From NCBI RefSeq assembly GCF_004765795.1, contig NZ_SBIV01000008.1, positions 180,835-200,834 of the forward strand: 20,000 bases of DNA, read 5' to 3'. Origin of the DNA: Halorussus marinus (lineage in GTDB: Archaea > Halobacteriota > Halobacteria > Halobacteriales > Haladaptataceae). Position 1 is the first letter of the stretch, and each line of letters begins with the position of its first letter. Below are positions 17,646-20,000 of the stretch, one piece after another. The notes beneath the pieces are model-generated. The model saw only the letters and a program-made list of their open reading frames with translations, did no database searches and was not told where the DNA came from. The position numbers and the translations under genes were made by a program.

Positions 17646-17999
17646 ATGCCGACCGTCGAATTCCGGGGGGAGAGAATCGACTGCGAGGCGGGAGCGGCGT
17701 TGCGCGACGTGCTGTTGGACGCCGGGCTGTCGCCGCACAACCGCACGTCGGAGTGGGTCAACTGCCGAGGTAACGCCACCTGTGGCACCTGCGCGGTCGA
17801 GGTCCGGGGCGAAGTGAGCGAGATGAACGCCGACGAGCGTCGCCGGCTGTCGCTACCGCCCCACAGCCTCGACTCGGGGCTCAGGCTGTCGTGTCAGGCC
17901 GAAGTCCGCGGCGACGTGCGCGTCGTGAAACACCGCGGGTTCTGGGGCCAGACCGTCGAGCGCGACGAGCGCCGCGAGCCGACCGCCGCCGAGCGCTAA
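17646..17999 (+). CDS. 2Fe-2S ferredoxin-like protein
   Basis: 117 aa; NCRGNATCGTC (C-x5-C-x2-C) plus RLSCQ; stop overlaps the convergent M42 stop by 4 nt. Confidence 0.9.
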   Translation: MPTVEFRGERIDCEAGAALRDVLLDAGLSPHNRTSEWVNCRGNATCGTCAVEVRGEVSEMNADERRRLSLPPHSLDSGLRLSCQAEVRGDVRVVKHRGFWGQTVERDERREPTAAER

Positions 18000-19060
18000 A
18001 CGTCGACGCCGAAGCCGTCCCGGCCGGTCGACCGCTCGGCGAACGCCGCGAGCAGGTCCGCGGCGGCGTCCAGATCCTCGGTGTCGATCACCTCGACCGG
18101 CGTGTGCATGTAGCGGTTCGGGAGCCCGAGGTTGAGCGACGGGATGCCGCCCTGCGAGGTGTAGAAGGCGTCCGCGTCGGTCCCGGTCGACCGCCCCGAC
18201 GCCTGCAGTTGGACCGGCAGGTCGGCGTCGGCGGCCGCCTCGCGGGCGAGGGCGACGACCTCGGGGTGGTTCGACGAGCCGCGGGCGACGACCGGCCCGG
18301 CACCGAGTTCCACTTCGCCGTGCTGGTGGCGCTCGTCGCCGACGTCGGGCGAGTCGACCGCGTGGGTCACGTCGATCGCGATCGCGGCGTCGGCGTCGAG
18401 ATCGAAGCCCACCATCTTTGCGCCCTGCTTGCCCAGCTCCTCCTGAACGGTGCTGACCGCGTACACCGTCGGCGCGACGTCGGCCGCGGCCGCGCGCCGG
18501 GCCGCCTCCGCGGCGACCCAGATGCCGACGCGGTTGTCCATCCCCCGGGCCGCCATCCGGGTGCCCTGAAGCTCGCGGACCGGCGTGTCGAAGGTGATGG
18601 GATCGCCAACGTCGACGAGTTCGCGGGCCTCGGCCTCGGTCTCGACGCCGATGTCGACGTGCTGTTCGGCGACGTCCTCGATCTCGTCGTCGTCGGTGTC
18701 CCGGAGGTGGATGGCGGTCTGGCCGACGACCCCACGGACGACGCCGTCGTCGGTGTGGATCTCGACGTGCTGGCCCTTCGTGACCGTCGGGTCGGAGCCC
18801 CCGACCCGCGAGGGGCGGACGTAGCCGTCCTCGTCGACGCTCGAGACCATCAGCCCGATCTCGTCGGCGTGGCCGGCGAACGCGACGGCGGGCTCGTCGC
18901 CCTCGACGACGGCGACGGCGTTGCCGTACTCGTCGGTGCGGACCTCGTCGGCGAACTCCGAGACGTACGCGACCCACTCGCGCTGGACGTCGGCCTCGAA
19001 GCCCGAGGGACTGGGTGTCGTGAGAAGTCGATCGAGAAACGCTCGCTGTGAGTCGTCCAT
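17996..19060 (-). CDS. M42 family (TET-like) metallopeptidase
   Basis: Start ATG 19060, 354 aa; PSPSGFE, GHADEIG, RGMDNR, STVQEELG, AIDVTH, GTDAD, PNRYMHTPVE. Confidence 0.92.
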   Translation of the reverse strand: MDDSQRAFLDRLLTTPSPSGFEADVQREWVAYVSEFADEVRTDEYGNAVAVVEGDEPAVAFAGHADEIGLMVSSVDEDGYVRPSRVGGSDPTVTKGQHVEIHTDDGVVRGVVGQTAIHLRDTDDDEIEDVAEQHVDIGVETEAEARELVDVGDPITFDTPVRELQGTRMAARGMDNRVGIWVAAEAARRAAAADVAPTVYAVSTVQEELGKQGAKMVGFDLDADAAIAIDVTHAVDSPDVGDERHQHGEVELGAGPVVARGSSNHPEVVALAREAAADADLPVQLQASGRSTGTDADAFYTSQGGIPSLNLGLPNRYMHTPVEVIDTEDLDAAADLLAAFAERSTGRDGFGVDV

Positions 19061-19111
19061 GTCTCGACGAACCCGTCGCGTGGTAAAGAACGTCACGACT
19101 CGCTCCGCCGA

Positions 19112-19808
19112 GGCATTGTTCAGATTAGCTGATTCCATGCGAAGGCGAAGGTCTGCAACCAATTTTCGGCAGAGCGGTGAGTCGCGTGGCGAAAATGATT
19201 GGCGAACTGTTTCGTTCGGCGTTTTAGCTCTTTGAAGACACGTTCGACGCTATTCCGATTTCCATGTGTGACATGCTGAAATCGGAGGTTTTGCTCGAAG
19301 AGTGCGGCCTGTAACCACGGCGCGCCATCGACGAGAAACACCGCGTCGGCGACGCGGTGTTTCTCTTGTAATTCGGTGAGAAACTGCTTCGTCACAACGA
19401 TAGTTCGTGTCGGATAGAGCTTGGCGTGGAGAAATTTGTTGGTTTGAGGATCGACGGCGGCGTACAGCCAGTAGCGTTGATCGTTGAGTTGAATCACGGT
19501 TTCATCGACGGCAACGTGATTCGGGTTTTTGCCGTCAGTCGGCTGTAGATCGGCTTTCTGCACCCAATTGTGGATAGTGGAGCGACATCGTTTGACACCG
19601 AATTGTTCTAAGACCGAAACAGTATCCGAGAGTGATAGTCTGGCCGCATGCAGGTGGATACTGAGCTTCATCAACGGCTCCGGTGTCGCTTCTCGCTCCA
19701 TAAACTCTAACTCGATCGAGTCGCTAGCTCCGTTGAGGCGGTCGATTTCTGGCATGGATCACTAGCAAATCGAACCGCCTCATCCTTCATCCTTATCTGA
19801 ACAGTGCC
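19112..19808 (-). mobile_element. Complete IS6-family insertion sequence (697 bp)
   Basis: Terminal IRs GGCATTGTTCAGATTAG (19112-19128) and GGCACTGTTCAGATAAG (reverse complement of 19792-19808), 15/17 match; flanking direct repeat CCGCCGA (19105-19111, 19809-19815); visibly lower GC than the flanks. Confidence 0.95.
19120..19755 (-). CDS. IS6-family DDE transposase
   Basis: 211 aa; STIHNWVQK HTH, VAVDETVI, WLYAAVD, LVDGAPW, NRNSVERVF (D, D, E intact); stop codon lies within the IR. Confidence 0.95.
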   Translation of the reverse strand: MPEIDRLNGASDSIELEFMEREATPEPLMKLSIHLHAARLSLSDTVSVLEQFGVKRCRSTIHNWVQKADLQPTDGKNPNHVAVDETVIQLNDQRYWLYAAVDPQTNKFLHAKLYPTRTIVVTKQFLTELQEKHRVADAVFLVDGAPWLQAALFEQNLRFQHVTHGNRNSVERVFKELKRRTKQFANHFRHATHRSAENWLQTFAFAWNQLI

Positions 19809-19856
19809 CCGCCGACCTGCCCCAACCGCTAAGTCCGCGCTCGGCGAACCGACCGT

Positions 19857-20000
19857 ATGGGAATCCTCGAACTACACTTCCACGACGCGGAGTTCAACTG
19901 GACGTTCGACGCCGGCGAATCGGAGGGACGGTTGCTCTCGGTGGGTCGCCGAGACCCCGAGACCGTCTCGGACGGCGGCACGGCCCGACCGCCGTCGATG
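19857..20000 (+). CDS. Hypothetical protein (5' part; runs off the window edge)
   Basis: Manual translation MGILELHFHDAEFNWTFDAGESEGRLLSVGRRDPETVSDGGTARPPSM..., open to the window end; CTAAG TATA-like element at 19829-19833. Confidence 0.65.
   Translation, partial: MGILELHFHDAEFNWTFDAGESEGRLLSVGRRDPETVSDGGTARPPSM

Noticed and set aside
13694..19060. Cluster of amide/peptide hydrolases (AstE-like, M20, M42) as one catabolic pathway
   Set aside because: Mixed orientations, unrelated intervening genes and no shared transporter or regulator.
1..20000. CRISPR array, cas, defence or viral genes
   Set aside because: No regularly spaced repeats and no recognisable cas, restriction, toxin or viral motifs; nearly all the sequence is explained by ordinary genes.

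Overview
GC-rich haloarchaeal (class Halobacteria) chromosomal segment, judged from acidic proteins, leaderless-style promoters and haloarchaea-specific families. It is mostly housekeeping and regulatory genes: acyP (partial), gpmI, an unlisted 52-aa membrane peptide, the nadA-nadB-nadC de novo NAD operon, a YtcJ-like amidohydrolase, a HalOD1 + Bat-type HTH pair, a RAM/TrkA/RAM triad, a DUF5813-like gene, a soluble wHTH-4xPAS histidine kinase, tRNA-Leu(TAA), cyclophilin, AstE/AspA, M20 and M42 hydrolases, two small membrane proteins, a VOC protein, a 2Fe-2S ferredoxin and a complete 697-bp IS6-family element with a 7-bp target duplication. I see no CRISPR, prophage or defence island and no clear novel multi-gene system. 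The best leads are a structured intergenic RNA candidate with its own promoter at about 16.94-17.15 kb, a kinase whose H-box reads HG instead of HD/HE, the transporter-less RAM-TrkA-RAM module, and a palindrome over the nadA promoter.
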